64,000 nucleotides of DNA from Eledone cirrhosa (lineage: Eukaryota), in the NCBI GenBank assembly GCA_964016885.1, contig OZ024740.1, positions 30,070,001 to 30,134,000 of the forward strand, read 5' to 3'. Positions 14,101 through 27,100 of the stretch are shown piece after piece. The notes under the pieces are model-generated. The model worked only from the letters and a program-made list of their open reading frames with translations. It did not search any database and was not told the DNA's origin. A program made the translations under genes and the position numbers. The stretch's first letter is position 1. The number at the start of each line of letters is the position of its first letter.

Positions 14101-17050
14101 TAGGTGTTGTATATATAGTATTGTAGGTGTTGTATATATAGTATTGTAGGTGTTATATATATAGTATTGTAGGTGTTGTATATATAGTAAGGTAGGTGTT
14201 GTATATATAGTATTGTAGGTGTTATATATATAGTAAGGTAGGTGTTGTATATATAGTATTTTAGGTGTTGTATATATAGTATTGTAGGTGTTGTATATAT
14301 AGTATTGCAGGTGTTGTATATATAGTATTGCAGGTGTCGTATATATAGTACTGTAGGTGTTGTATATGTAGTATTTAGGTGTTGTATATATAGTATTGTA
14401 GGTGTTGTATATATAGTACTGTAGGTGTTGTATATATAGTACGGTAGGTGTTGGATATATAGTATTGTAGGTGTTGTATATATAGTACTGTAGGTGTTGT
14501 ATATATAGTACTGTAGGTGTTGTATATGTAGTATTTAGGTGTTGTATATATAGTATTGTAGGTGTTGTATATATAGTATTGTAGGTGTTGTATATATAGT
14601 AATGTAGGTGTTGTATATATAGTATTGTAGGTGTTGTATATATATAGTATTGTAGGTGTTGTATATATAGTATTGTAGGTGTTGTATATATAGTAATGTA
14701 GGCGTTGTATATATAGTATTGTTGGTGTTGTATATATAGTATTGTAGGTGTTGTATATATAGTATTGTAGGTGTTGTATATATAGTATTGTAGGTGTTGT
14801 ATATATAGTATTGTAGGTGTTGTATATATAGTATTGTAGGTGTTGTATATATAGTACTGTAGGTGTTGTATATATAGTACTGTATGTGTTATATATAGTA
14901 TTGTAGGTGTGGTATATATAGTAATGTAGGCGTTGTATATATAGTAATGTAGGTGTTGTATATATAGTACTGTAGGTGTTATATATAGTATTGTGGGTGT
15001 GGTATATATAGTAATGTAGGTGTTGTATATATAGTAATGTAGGCGTTGTATATATAGTTATGTAGGCGTTGTATATATAGTAATGTAGGCGTTGTATATA
15101 TAGTATTGTAGGTGTTGTATATATAGTATTGTAGGTATTGTATATATATAGTATTGTACGTGTTGTATATATAGTAATGTAGCCGTTGTATATATAGTAT
15201 TGTAGGTGTTGTATATATAGTACTATAGGCGTTGTATATATAGTATTGTAGTTGTTGTATTTATAGTACTGTAGGTGTTGTATATATAGTATTGTAGGTG
15301 TTGTATATATAGTAATGTAGTTATTGTATATATAGTAATATAGGCCTTGTATATATAGTATTGTAGGTGTGGTATATATAGTATTGTAGGTGTGGTATAT
15401 ATAGTAATGTAGGTGTTGTATATATAGTAATGTAGGCGTTGTATATATAGTAATGTAGGTGTTGTATATATAGTATTGTATGTGTTGTATATATATAGTA
15501 TTGTAGGTGTTGTATATATATAGTATTGTAGGTGTTGTATATATAGTAATGTAGGCGTTGTATATATAGTAATGTAGGCGTTGTATATATATAGTAATGT
15601 AGGCGTTATATATATAGTATTCTAGGTGTTGTATATATAGTATTGTAGGTGTTGTATATATAGTAATGTAGGCGTTGTATATATATAGTAATGTAGGCGT
15701 TTTATATATAGTATTCTAGGTGTTGTATATATAGTATTGTAGGTGTTGTATATATAGTATTGTAGGTGTTGTATATATAGTACTGTAGGTGTTATATATA
15801 TAGTATTGTAGGTGTTATATATATAGTAATATAGGCGTTGTATATATAGTATTGTAGGTGTTGTATATATATAGTATTGTAGTTGTTGTATATATAGTAT
15901 TGTAGGTGTTGTATATATAGTATTGTAGGTGTTATATATATAGTATTGTAGGTGTTGTATATATAGTAATGTAGGTGTTGTATATATAGTATTGTAGGTG
16001 TTGTATATATAGTATTGTAGGTGTTGTATATATAGTATTGTAGGTGTTGTATATATAGTATTGTAGGTGTTGTATATATAGTATTGTAGGTGTTGTATAT
16101 ATAGTAATGTAGGTGTTGTATATATAGTATTGTAGGTGCTTTATATATAGTACTGTAGGTGTTGTATATATAGTGTTGCATATATAGTAATGTAGGTGTT
16201 GTATATATAGTACTGTAGGTGTTGTATATATAGTACTGTAGGTGTTATATATAGTATTGTAGGTGTTGTATATAGTAATGTAGGCGTTGTATATATAGTA
16301 ATGTAGGCGTTGTATATATAGTAATGTAGGCGTTGTATATATTGTATTGTAGGTGTTGTATATATAGTATTGTAGGTGTTATATATAGTATTGTAGGTGT
16401 TATATATAGTATTGTAGGTGTGGTATATATAGTAATGTAGGTGTTGTATATATAGTAACGTAGGCGTTGTATATATAGTATTGTTGGTGTTGTATATATA
16501 GTATTGTAGGTGTTGTATATATAGTATTGTAGGTGTTGTATATATAGTAGTGTAGGCGTTGTATATATAGTAATGTAGGTGTTGTATATATATAGTATTG
16601 TAGGTGTTGTATATATAGTATTGTAGGTGTTGTATATATAGTAATGTAGGTGTTGTATATATAGTATTGTAGGTGTTGTATATATAGTATTGTAGGTGTT
16701 GTATATATAGTATTGTAGGTGTTGTATATATAGTATTGTAGGTGTTGTATATATAGTATTGTAGGTGTTGTATATATAGTATTGTAGGTATTGTATATAT
16801 AGTATTGTAGGTGTTGTATATATAGTACTGTAGGTGTTGTATATATAGTACTGTAGGTGTTATATATAGTATTGTAGGTGTGGTATATATAGTAATGTAG
16901 GCGTTGTATATATAGTATTGTAGGTGTTGTATATATAGTAATGTAGGCGTTGTATATATATAGTATTGTAAGTGTTGTATATATAGTATCGTAGGTGTTA
17001 TATATAGTATTGTAGGTGTGGTATATATAGTAATGTAGGTGTGGTATATA
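5150..17050 (+). repeat. Nested higher-order blocks in an A-B-A-A-B arrangement (A ~2.5 kb, B ~2.1-2.3 kb)
   Basis: A markers (GTGTTGTGGCTG, GTATACATAG, ATGATATTGCAG, GGCTTTA, ACGGTAGG) give pseudo-ORF starts at 5575, 10391 and 12920. B markers (GTAGCCG, GGCCTTG, GTAACGTAGG, GTTGCAT) occur at ~7835-9360 and ~15180-16460. Confidence 0.85.
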
Positions 17051-20000
17051 TAGTAATGTAGGCGTTGTATATATAGTAATGTAGGTGTTGTATATATAGT
17101 ACTGTAGGTGTTATATATAGTATTGTAGGTGTGGTATATATAGTAATGTAGGTGTGGTGTATATAGTAATGTAGGTGTTGTATATATAGTATTGTAGGTG
17201 TTGTATATATAGTAATGTAGGCGTTGTATATATATAGTACTGTAGGTGTTGTATATATAGTACTGTAGGTGTTATATATAGTATTGTGGGTGTGGTATAT
17301 TTAGTAATGTAGGTGTTGTATATATAGTAATGTAGGCGTTGTATATATAGTATTGTAGGTGTTGTATATATAGTATTGTAGGTATTGTATATATATAGTA
17401 TTGTAGGTGTTGTATATATAGTAATGTAGGCGTTGTATATATAGTATTGTAGGTGTTATATATAGTATTGTAGGTGTGGTATATATAGTATTGTAGGTGT
17501 GGTATATATAGTATTCTAGGTGTGGTATATATAGTAATGTAGGTGTTGTATATATAGTAATGTAGGCGTTGTATATATAGTATTGTAGGTGTTGTATATA
17601 TAGTATTTTAGTTGTTGTATATATAGTATTTTAGTTGTTGTATATATAGTACTGTAGGTGTTGTATATATAGTATTGTAGGTGTTGTATATATAGTATTG
17701 TAGTTGTTGTATATATATAGTATTGTAGGTGTTGTATATATATAGTACTGTAGGTGTTGTATATATAGTATTGTAGGTGTTGTATATATAGTATTGTAGG
17801 TGTTGTATATATATAGTATTGTAGTTGTTGTATATATATAGTACTGTAGGTGTTGTATATATAGTATTGTAGGTGTTGTATATATAGTATTGTAGTTGTT
17901 GTATATATATAGTATTGTAGGTGTTGTATATATAGTAATATAGGCGTTGTATATATAGTATTGTAGGTGTTGTATATATAGTATTGTAGGTGTGGTATAT
18001 ATAGTATTGTAGGTGTGGTATATATAGTATTCTAGGTGTGGTATATATAGTATTGTAGGTGTGGTATATATAGTAATGTAGGTGTTGTATATATAGTAAT
18101 GTAGGCGTTGTATATATAGTATTGTATGTGTTGTATATATATAGTATTGTAGGTGTTGTATATATAGTAATGTAGGCGTTGTATATATAGTATTGTAGGT
18201 GTTGTATATATAGTAATGTAGGCGTTGTGTATATATAGTACTGTAGGTGTTATATATAGTATTGTACGTGTTGTATATATAGTAATATAGGCGTTGTATA
18301 TATAGTATTGTAGGTGCTGTATATATAGTATTGTAGTTGTTGTATATATAGTATTGTAGGTGTTGTATATATAGTATTGTAGGTGTTGTATATATAGTAT
18401 TGTAGGTGTTATATATATAGTATTGTAGGTGTTATATATATAGTATTGTAGGTGTTGTATATATAGTAATGTAGGTGTTGTATATATAGTATTGTAGGTG
18501 TTGTATATATAGTATTGTAGGTGTTGTATATATAGTATTGTAGGTGTTGTATATATAGTATTGTAGGTGTTGTATATATAGTATTGTAGGTGTTGTATAT
18601 ATAGTATTGTAGGTGCTTTATATATAGTACTGTAGGTGTTGTATATATAGTGTTGCATATATAGTAATGTAGGTGTTGTATATATAGTATTATAGGCGTT
18701 GTATATATAGTATTGTAGGTGTTGTATATATAGTATTGTAGGTGTTGTATATATAGTACTGTAGGTGTTGTATATATAGTACTGTAGGTGTTATATATAG
18801 TATTGTGGGTGTGGTATATTTAGTAATGTAGGTGTTGTATATATAGTAATGTAGGCGTTGTATATATAGTAATGTAGGCGTTGTATATATAGTATTGTAG
18901 GTGTTGTATATATAGTACTGTAGGTGTTGTATATATAGTACTGTAGGTGTTATATATAGTATTGTGGGTGTGGTATATTTAGTAATGTAGGTGTTGTATA
19001 TATAGTAATGTAGGCGTTGTATATATATAGTATTGTAAGTGTTGTATATATAGTATTGTAGGTGTTGTATATATAGTACTGTAGGTGTTGTATATATAGT
19101 ACTGTAGGTGTTATATATAGTATTGTGGGTGTGGTATATTTAGTAATGTAGGTGTTGTATATATAGTAATGTAGGCGTTGTATATATAGTATTGTAGGTA
19201 TTGTATATATATAGTATTGTAGGTGTTGTATATATAGTAATGTAGGCGTTGTATATATAGTATTGTAGGTGTTGTATATATAGAAATATAGGCGTTGTAT
19301 ATATAGTATTGTAGGTGTTGTATATATAGTATTTTAGTTGTTGTATATATAGTACTGTAGGTGTTGTATATATAGTATTGTAGTTGTTGTATATATATAG
19401 TATTGTAGGTATTGTATATATAGTAATATAGGCGTTGTATATATAGTATTGTAGGTGTTGTATATATAGTATTGTAGGTGTGGTATATATAGTATTGTAG
19501 GTGTGGTATATATAGTAATGTAGGTGTTGTATATATAGTAATGTAGGCGTTGTATATATAGTAATGTAGGTGTTGTATATATAGTATTGTATGTGTTGTA
19601 TATATATAGTATTGTAGGTGTTATATATATAGTAATGTAGGCGTTGTATATATAGTATTGTAGGTGTTGTATATATAGTAATGTAGGCGTTGTGTATATA
19701 TAGTACTGTAGGTGTTATATATAGTATTGTAGGTGTTGTATATATAGTAATATAGGCGTTGTATATATAGTATTGTAGGTGTTGTATATATAGTATTGTA
19801 GTTGTTGTATATATAGTATTGTAGGTGTTGTATATATAGTATTGTAGGTGTTATATATATAGTATTGTAGGTGTTGTATATATAGTAATGTAGGTGTTGT
19901 ATATATAGTATTGTAGGTGTTGTATATATAGTATTGTAGGTGTTGTATATATAGTATTGTAGGTGTTGTATATATAGTATTGTAGGTGTTGTATATATAG

Positions 20001-23000
20001 TAATGTAGGTGTTGTATATATAGTATTGTAGGTGCTTTATATATAGTACTGTAGGTGTTGTATATATAGTGTTGCATATATAGTAATGTAGGTGTTGTAT
20101 ATATTGTATTATAGGCGTTGTATATATAGTATTGTAGGTGTTGTATATATAGTATTGTAGGTGTTGTATATATAGTACTGTAGGTGTTGTATATATAGTA
20201 CTGTAGGTGTTATATATAGTATTGTGGGTGTGGTATATTTAGTAATGTAGGTGTTGTATATATAGTAATGTAGGCGTTGTATATATAGTAATGTAGGCGT
20301 TGTATATATAGTATTGTAGGTGTTGTATATATAGTACTGTAGGTGTTGTATATATAGTACTGTAGGTGTTATATATAGTATTGTGGGTGTGGTATATTTA
20401 GTAATGTAGGTGTTGTATATATAGTAATGTAGGCGTTGTATATATAGTATTGTAGGTATTGTATATATATAGTATTGTAGGTGTTGTATATATAGTAATG
20501 TAGGCGTTGTATATATAGTATTGTAGGTGTTGTATATATAGAAATATAGGCGTTGTATATATAGTATTGTAGGTGTTGTATATATAGTATTTTAGTTGTT
20601 GTATATATAGTACTGTAAGTGTTGTATATATAGTATTGTAGTTGTTGTATATATATAGTATTGTAGGTGTTGTATATATAGTAATATAGGCGTTGTATAT
20701 ATAGTATTGTAGGTGTTGTATATATAGTATTGTAGGTGTGGTATATATAGTATTGTAGGTGTGGTATATATAGTAATGTAGGTGTTGTATATATAGTAAT
20801 GTAGGCGTTGTATATATAGTAATGTAGGTGTTGTATATATAGTATTGTATGTGTTGTATATATATAGTATTGTAGGTGTTGTATATATAGTAATGTAGGC
20901 GTTGTATATATAGTATTGTAGGTGTTGTATATATAGTAATGTAGGCGTTGTGTATATATAATACTGTAGGTGTTATATATAGTATTGTAGGTGTTGTATA
21001 TATAGTAATATAGGCGTTGTATATATAGTATTGTAGGTGTTGTATATATAGTATTGTAGTTGTTGTATATATAGTATTGTAGGTGTTGTATATATAGTAT
21101 TGTAGGTGTTATATATATAGTATTGTAGGTGTTGTATATATAGTAATGTAGGTGTTGTATATATAGTATTGTAGGTGTTGTATATATAGTATTGTAGGTG
21201 TTGTATATATAGTATTGTAGGTGTTGTATATATAGTATTGTAGGTGTTGTATATATAGTATTGTAGGTGTTGTATATATAGTAATGTAGGTGTTGTATAT
21301 ATAGTATTGTAGGTGCTTTATATATAGTACTGTAGGTGTTGTATATATAGTGTTGCATATATAGTAATATAGGTGTTGTATATATAGTATTATAGGCGTT
21401 GTATATATAGTATTATAGGCGTTGTATATATAGTATTGTAGGTGTTGTATATATAGTATTGTAGGTGATGTATATATAGTACTGTAGGTGTTGTATATAT
21501 AGTACTGTAGGTGTTATATATAGTATTGTAGGTGTTGTATATAGTAATGTAGGCGTTGTATATATAGTAATGTAGGCGTTGTATATATAGTAATGTAGGC
21601 GTTGTATATATTGTATTGTAGGTGTTGTATATATAGTATTGTAGGTGTTGTATATATAGTACTGTAGGTGTTATATATAGTATTGTAGGTGTTGTATATA
21701 TAGTAATGTAGGCGTTGTATATATAGAATTGTAGGTGTTGTATATATGGTATTGTAGGTGTTGTATATATAGTATTGTAGGTGTTGTATATATAGTACTG
21801 GAGGTGTTATATATAGTATTGTAGGTGTTATATATAGTATTGTAGGTGTGGTATATATAGTAATGTAGGTGTGGTATATATAGTAATGTAGGTGTGGTAT
21901 ATATAGTAATGTAGGTGTTGTATATATAGTAATGTAGGCGTTGTATATATAGTATTGTTGGTGTTGTATATATAGTATTGTAGGTGTTGTATATATAGTA
22001 TTGTAGGTGTTGTATATATAGTAATGTAGGCGTTGTATATATAGTAATGTAGGTGTTGTATATATATAGTATTGTAGGTGTTGTATATATAGTATTGTAG
22101 GTGTTGTATATATAGTAATGTAGGTGTTGTATATATAGTATTGTAGGTGTTGTATATATAGTATTGTAGGTGTTGTATATATAGTATTGTAGGTGTTGTA
22201 TATATAGTATTGTAGGTGTTGTATATATAGTATTGTAGGTGTTGTATATATAGTATTGTAGGTGTTGTATATATAGTACTGTAGGTGTTGTATATATAGT
22301 ACTGTAGGTGTTATATATAGTATTGTAGGTGTGGTATATATAGTAATGTAGGCGTTGTATATATAGTATTGTAGGTGTTGTATATATAGTAATGTAGGCG
22401 TTGTATATATATAGTATTGTAAGTGTTCTATATATAGTATCGTAGGTGTTATATATAGTATTGTAGGTGTGGTATATATAGTAATGTAGGTGTGGTATAT
22501 ATAGTAATGTAGGCGTTGTATATATAGTATTGTAGGTGTTGTATATATAGTATTGTAGGTGTTGTATATAGTATTGTAGGTGTGGTATATATAGTAATGT
22601 AGGTGTTGTATATATAGTACTGTAGGTGTTATATATAGTATTGTAGGTGTGGTATATATAGTAATGTAGGTGTGGTGTATATAGTAATGTAGGTGTTGTA
22701 TATATAGTAATGTAGGTGTTGTATATATAGTATAGTAGGTGTTGTATATATAGTAATGTAGGCGTTGTATATATATAGTATTGTAAGTGTTGTATATATA
22801 GTATTGTAGGTGTTGTATATATAGTACTCTAGGTGTTGTATATATAGTACTGTAGGTGTTATATATAGTATTGTGGGTGTGGTATATTTAGTAATGTAGG
22901 TGTTGTATATATAGTAATGTAGGCGTTGTATATATAGTATTGTAGGTATTGTATATATAGTATTGTAGGTGTTGTATATATAGTAATATAGGCGTTGTAT

Positions 23001-23975
23001 ATATAGTATTGTAGGTGTTGTATATATAGTATTTTAGTTGTTGTATATATAGTACTGTAGGTGTTGTATATATAGTATTGTAGGTGTTGTATATATAGTA
23101 TTGTAGTTGTTGTATATATATAGTATTGTAGGTGTTGTATATATAGTAATATAGGCGTTGTATATATAGTATTGTAGGTGTTGTATATATAGTATTGTAG
23201 GTGTGGTATATATAGTATTGTAGGTGTGGTATATATAGTATTGTAGGTGTGGTATATATAGTATTGTAGGTGTTGTATATATAGTATTGTAGGTGTTGTA
23301 TATATAGTAATGTAGGCGTTGTATATATAGTATTGTAGGTGTTGTATATATAGTAATGTAGGCGTTGTATATATAGTATTCTAGGTGTTGTATATATAGT
23401 ATTGTAGGTGTTGTATATATAGTAATGTAGGCGTTGTATATATATAGTACTGTAGGCGTTATATATAGTATTGTAGGTGTTGTATATATAGTAATATAGG
23501 CGTTGTATATATAGTATTGTAGTTGTTGTATATATAGTATTGTAGGTGTTATATATATAGTATTGTAGGTGTTGTATATATAGTAATGTAGGTGTTGTAT
23601 ATATAGTATTGTAGGTGTTGTATATATAGTATTGTAGGTGTTGTATATATAGTATTGTAGGTGTTGTATATATAGTATTGTAGGTGTTGTATATATAGTA
23701 ATGTAGGTGTTGTATATATAGTATTGTAGGTGCTTTATATATAGTACTGTAGGTGTTGTATATATAGTGTTGCATATATAGTAATGTAGGTGTTGTATAT
23801 ATAGTATTATAGGCGTTGTATATATAGCATTGTAGGCGTTGTATATATATAGTATTGTAGGTGTTGTATATATAATACTGTAGGTGTTGTATATATAGTA
23901 TTGTAAGTGTTATATATAGTATTGTAGGTGTTGTATATATAGTAATGTAGATGTTGTATATATAGTATTGTAGGT

Positions 23976-23994
23976 GTTGTATATATATAGTAAT
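23976..23994 (+). repeat. Target-site duplication, left copy (GTTGTATATATATAGTAAT, 19 bp)
   Basis: The same 19-mer, carrying the less common (TA)5 variant, is at 24142-24160. The homologous empty sites (44638-44656, 48224-48242, 54604-54622) have it once at this position. Confidence 0.85.
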
Positions 23995-24141
23995 TGTTTC
24001 TACTCTTGGCACAAGGCCAGCAATTATTCCAGTGTATTACTGGTACTTTATTTTATCGACCCCGTAAGGATGAAAGGCAAAGTTAACCTCGGCGGGATTT
24101 GAACTCAGATCATAAAGGGCCGTAACTCTTTGCTGCAAAGA
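23995..24141 (-). mobile_element. 5'-truncated tRNA-derived SINE, 147 bp, copy 1 (resembles the octopus SINE family)
   Basis: This is complex sequence interrupting the array. The minus strand reads ...CTGAGTTCAAATCCCGCCGAGGTTAACTTTGCCTTTCATCCTTACGGGGTCGATAAAATAAAGTACCAG...GGCCTTGTGCCAAGAGTAGAAACA. It has a B-box-like AGTTCAAATCC, no recognisable A-box, and flanking 19-bp direct repeats. The family assignment is from recall of octopus SINE sequence, not from a database search. Confidence 0.85.
24095..24105 (-). promoter_or_regulatory. RNA polymerase III B-box-like element (SINE copy 1)
   Basis: Minus strand AGTTCAAATCC compared with the tRNA B-box consensus GGTTCGANNCC / GTTCRANNC. Confidence 0.7.
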
Positions 24142-24144
24142 GTT
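24124..24144. repeat. Perfect inverted repeat AACTCTTTGC-T-GCAAAGAGTT at the SINE 5' junction (also 27994-28014)
   Basis: 10-bp arms at 24124-24133 and 24135-24144 are exact reverse complements. The last 3 nt (GTT) overlap the TSD. Confidence 0.95.
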
Positions 24145-24160
24145 GTATATATATAGTAAT
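24142..24160 (+). repeat. Target-site duplication, right copy
   Basis: Direct repeat of 23976-23994. The equivalent pair for SINE copy 2 is 27846-27864 and 28012-28030. Confidence 0.85.
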
Positions 24161-27100
24161 GTAGGCGTTATATATATAGTATTGTAGGTGTTGTATATAT
24201 AGTAATGTAGATGTTGTATATATAGTATTGTAGGTGTTGTATATATATAGTAATGTAGGCGTTATATATATAGTATTGTAGGTGTTATGTATATATAGTA
24301 ATGTAGGCGTTATATATATAGTATTGTAGTTGTTGTATATATAGTATTGTAGGTGTTGTATATATAGTATCGTAGGTGTTGTATATATAGTATTGTAGTT
24401 GTTGTATATATAGTATTGTAGGTGTTGTATGTATAGTAATGTAGGCGTTGTATATATAGTATTGTAGGTGTTGTATATATAGTAATATAGGCGTTGTATA
24501 TATAGTACTGTAGGTGTTGTATATATGGTACTGTAGGTGTTATATATAGTATTGTAGGTGTGGTATATATAGTAATGTAGGTGTTGTATATATAGTATTG
24601 TATGTGTTGTATATATATAGTATTGTAGGTGTTGTATATATAGTAATGTAGGCGTTGTATATATAGTAATGTAGGCGTTGTATATATAGTATTGTAGGTG
24701 TTGTATATATAGTAATGTAGGCGTTGTATATATAGTATTGTAGATGTTGTATATATAGTACTGTAGGTGTTGTATAAATAGTATTGTAGGTGTTGTATAT
24801 ATAGTATTGTAGGTGTTGTATATGTAGTACTGTAGGTGTTGTATATGTAGTACTGTAGGTGTTGTATATATAGTACTGTAGGTGTTATATATAATATTGT
24901 AGGTGTGGTATATATAGTAATGTACGTGTTGTATATATAGTAATGTAGGTGTTGTATATATATAGTATTGTAGGTGTTGTATATATAGTATTGTAGGTGT
25001 TGTTTATATAGTATCGTAGGTGTTGTTTATATAGTATCGTAGGTGTTGTATATATATATAGTATTGTAGGTGTGGTATATATAGTAATGTAGGTGTTGTA
25101 TATATAGTAATGTAGGCGTTGTATATAGAGTATTGTAGGTGTTGTATATATAATATTGTAAGTGTTGTATATATAGTATCGTAGGTGTTGTATATATATA
25201 GTATTGTAGATGTGGTATATATAGTAATATAGGCGTTGTATATATAGTATTGTAGGTGTTGTATATATAGAACTGTAGGTGTTGTATATATAGTACTGTA
25301 GGTGTTGTATATATATAGTATTGTAGGTGTGGTATATATAGTAATGTAGGTGTTGTATATATAGTAATGTAGGTGTTGTATATATAGTAATGTAGGCGTT
25401 GTATATATAGTATTGTAGGTGTGGTATATATAGTAATGTAGGCGTTGTATATATAGTATTGTAGGTGTTGTATATATAGTATTGTAGGTGTTGTATATAT
25501 AGTAATGTAGGCGTTGTATATATAGTATTGTAGGTGTTGTATATATAGTACTGTAGGTGTTGTATACATAGTACTGTAGGTGTTATATATAGTATTGTAG
25601 GTGTGGTATATATAGTAATGTAGGTGTTGTATATATAGTAATGTAGGCGTTGTATATATAGTAATGTAGGCGTTGTATATATAGTATTGTAGGTGTTGTA
25701 TATATAGTATTGTAGGTATTGTATATATATATAGTATTGTAGGTGTTGTATATATAGTAATGTAGGCGTTGTATATATAGTATTGTAGGTGTTGTATATA
25801 TAGTAATATAGGCGTTGTATATATAGTATTGTAGTAGTTGTATATATAGTACTGTAGGTGTTGTATATATAGTATTGTAGGTGTTGTATATATAGCATTG
25901 TAGGTGTTGTATATATAGTACTGTAGGTGTTGTATATATGGTACTGTAGGTGTTATATATAGTATTGTAGGTGTGGTATATATAGTAATGTAGGTGTTGT
26001 ATATATAGTAATGTAGGTGTTGTATATATAGTAATGTAGGCGTTGTATATATAGTAGTGTAGGTGTTGTATATATAGTAATGTAGGCGTTGTATATATAG
26101 TAATGTAGGCGTTGTATATATAGTATGTTAGGTGTTGTATATATAGTAATGTAGGTGTTGTATATATAGTATTGTATGTGTTGTATATATAGTACTGTAG
26201 GTGTTATATATAGTATTGTAGGTGTGGTATATATAGTAATGTAGGCGTTGTATATATAGTATTGTAGGTGTTGTATATATAGTAATGTAGGCGTTGTATA
26301 TATATAGTATTGTAAGTGTTCTATATATAGTATCGTAGGTGTTATATATAGTATTGTAGGTGTGGTATATATAGTAATGTAGGTGTGGTATATATAGTAA
26401 TGTAGGCGTTGTATATATAGTATTGTAGGTGTTGTATATATAGTATTGTAGGTGTTGTATATAGTATTGTAGGTGTGGTATATATAGTAATGTAGGTGTT
26501 GTATATATAGTACTGTAGGTGTTATATATAGTATTGTAGGTGTGGTATATATAGTAATGTAGGTGTGGTGTATATAGTAATGTAGGTGTTGTATATATAG
26601 TATAGTAGGTGTTGTATATATAGTAATGTAGGCGTTGTATATATATAGTATTGTAAGTGTTGTATATATAGTATTGTAGGTGTTGTATATATAGTACTCT
26701 AGGTGTTGTATATATAGTACTGTAGGTGTTATATATAGTATTGTGGGTGTGGTATATTTAGTAATGTAGGTGTTGTATATATAGTAATGTAGGCGTTGTA
26801 TATATAGTATTGTAGGTATTGTATATATAGTATTGTAGGTGTTGTATATATAGTAATATAGGCGTTGTATATATAGTATTGTAGGTGTTGTATATATAGT
26901 ATTTTAGTTGTTGTATATATAGTACTGTAGGTGTTGTATATATAGTATTGTAGGTGTTGTATATATAGTATTGTAGTTGTTGTATATATATAGTATTGTA
27001 GGTGTTGTATATATAGTAATATAGGCGTTGTATATATAGTATTGTAGGTGTTGTATATATAGTATTGTAGGTGTGGTATATATAGTATTGTAGGTGTGGT

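Noticed and set aside
22888-24012. 374-aa ORF with a distinct N-terminus MPRVET (also 26758-27882)
   Set aside because: The start is a GTG inside the SINE 3' end. Only about six codons are non-satellite, so it is a chance fusion.
24061-24144. Functional tRNA gene or intrinsic terminator in the insert
   Set aside because: Only a B-box/T-arm-like motif is present, with no cloverleaf or A-box. The hairpin lacks a U-tract and the context is eukaryotic repeat DNA.
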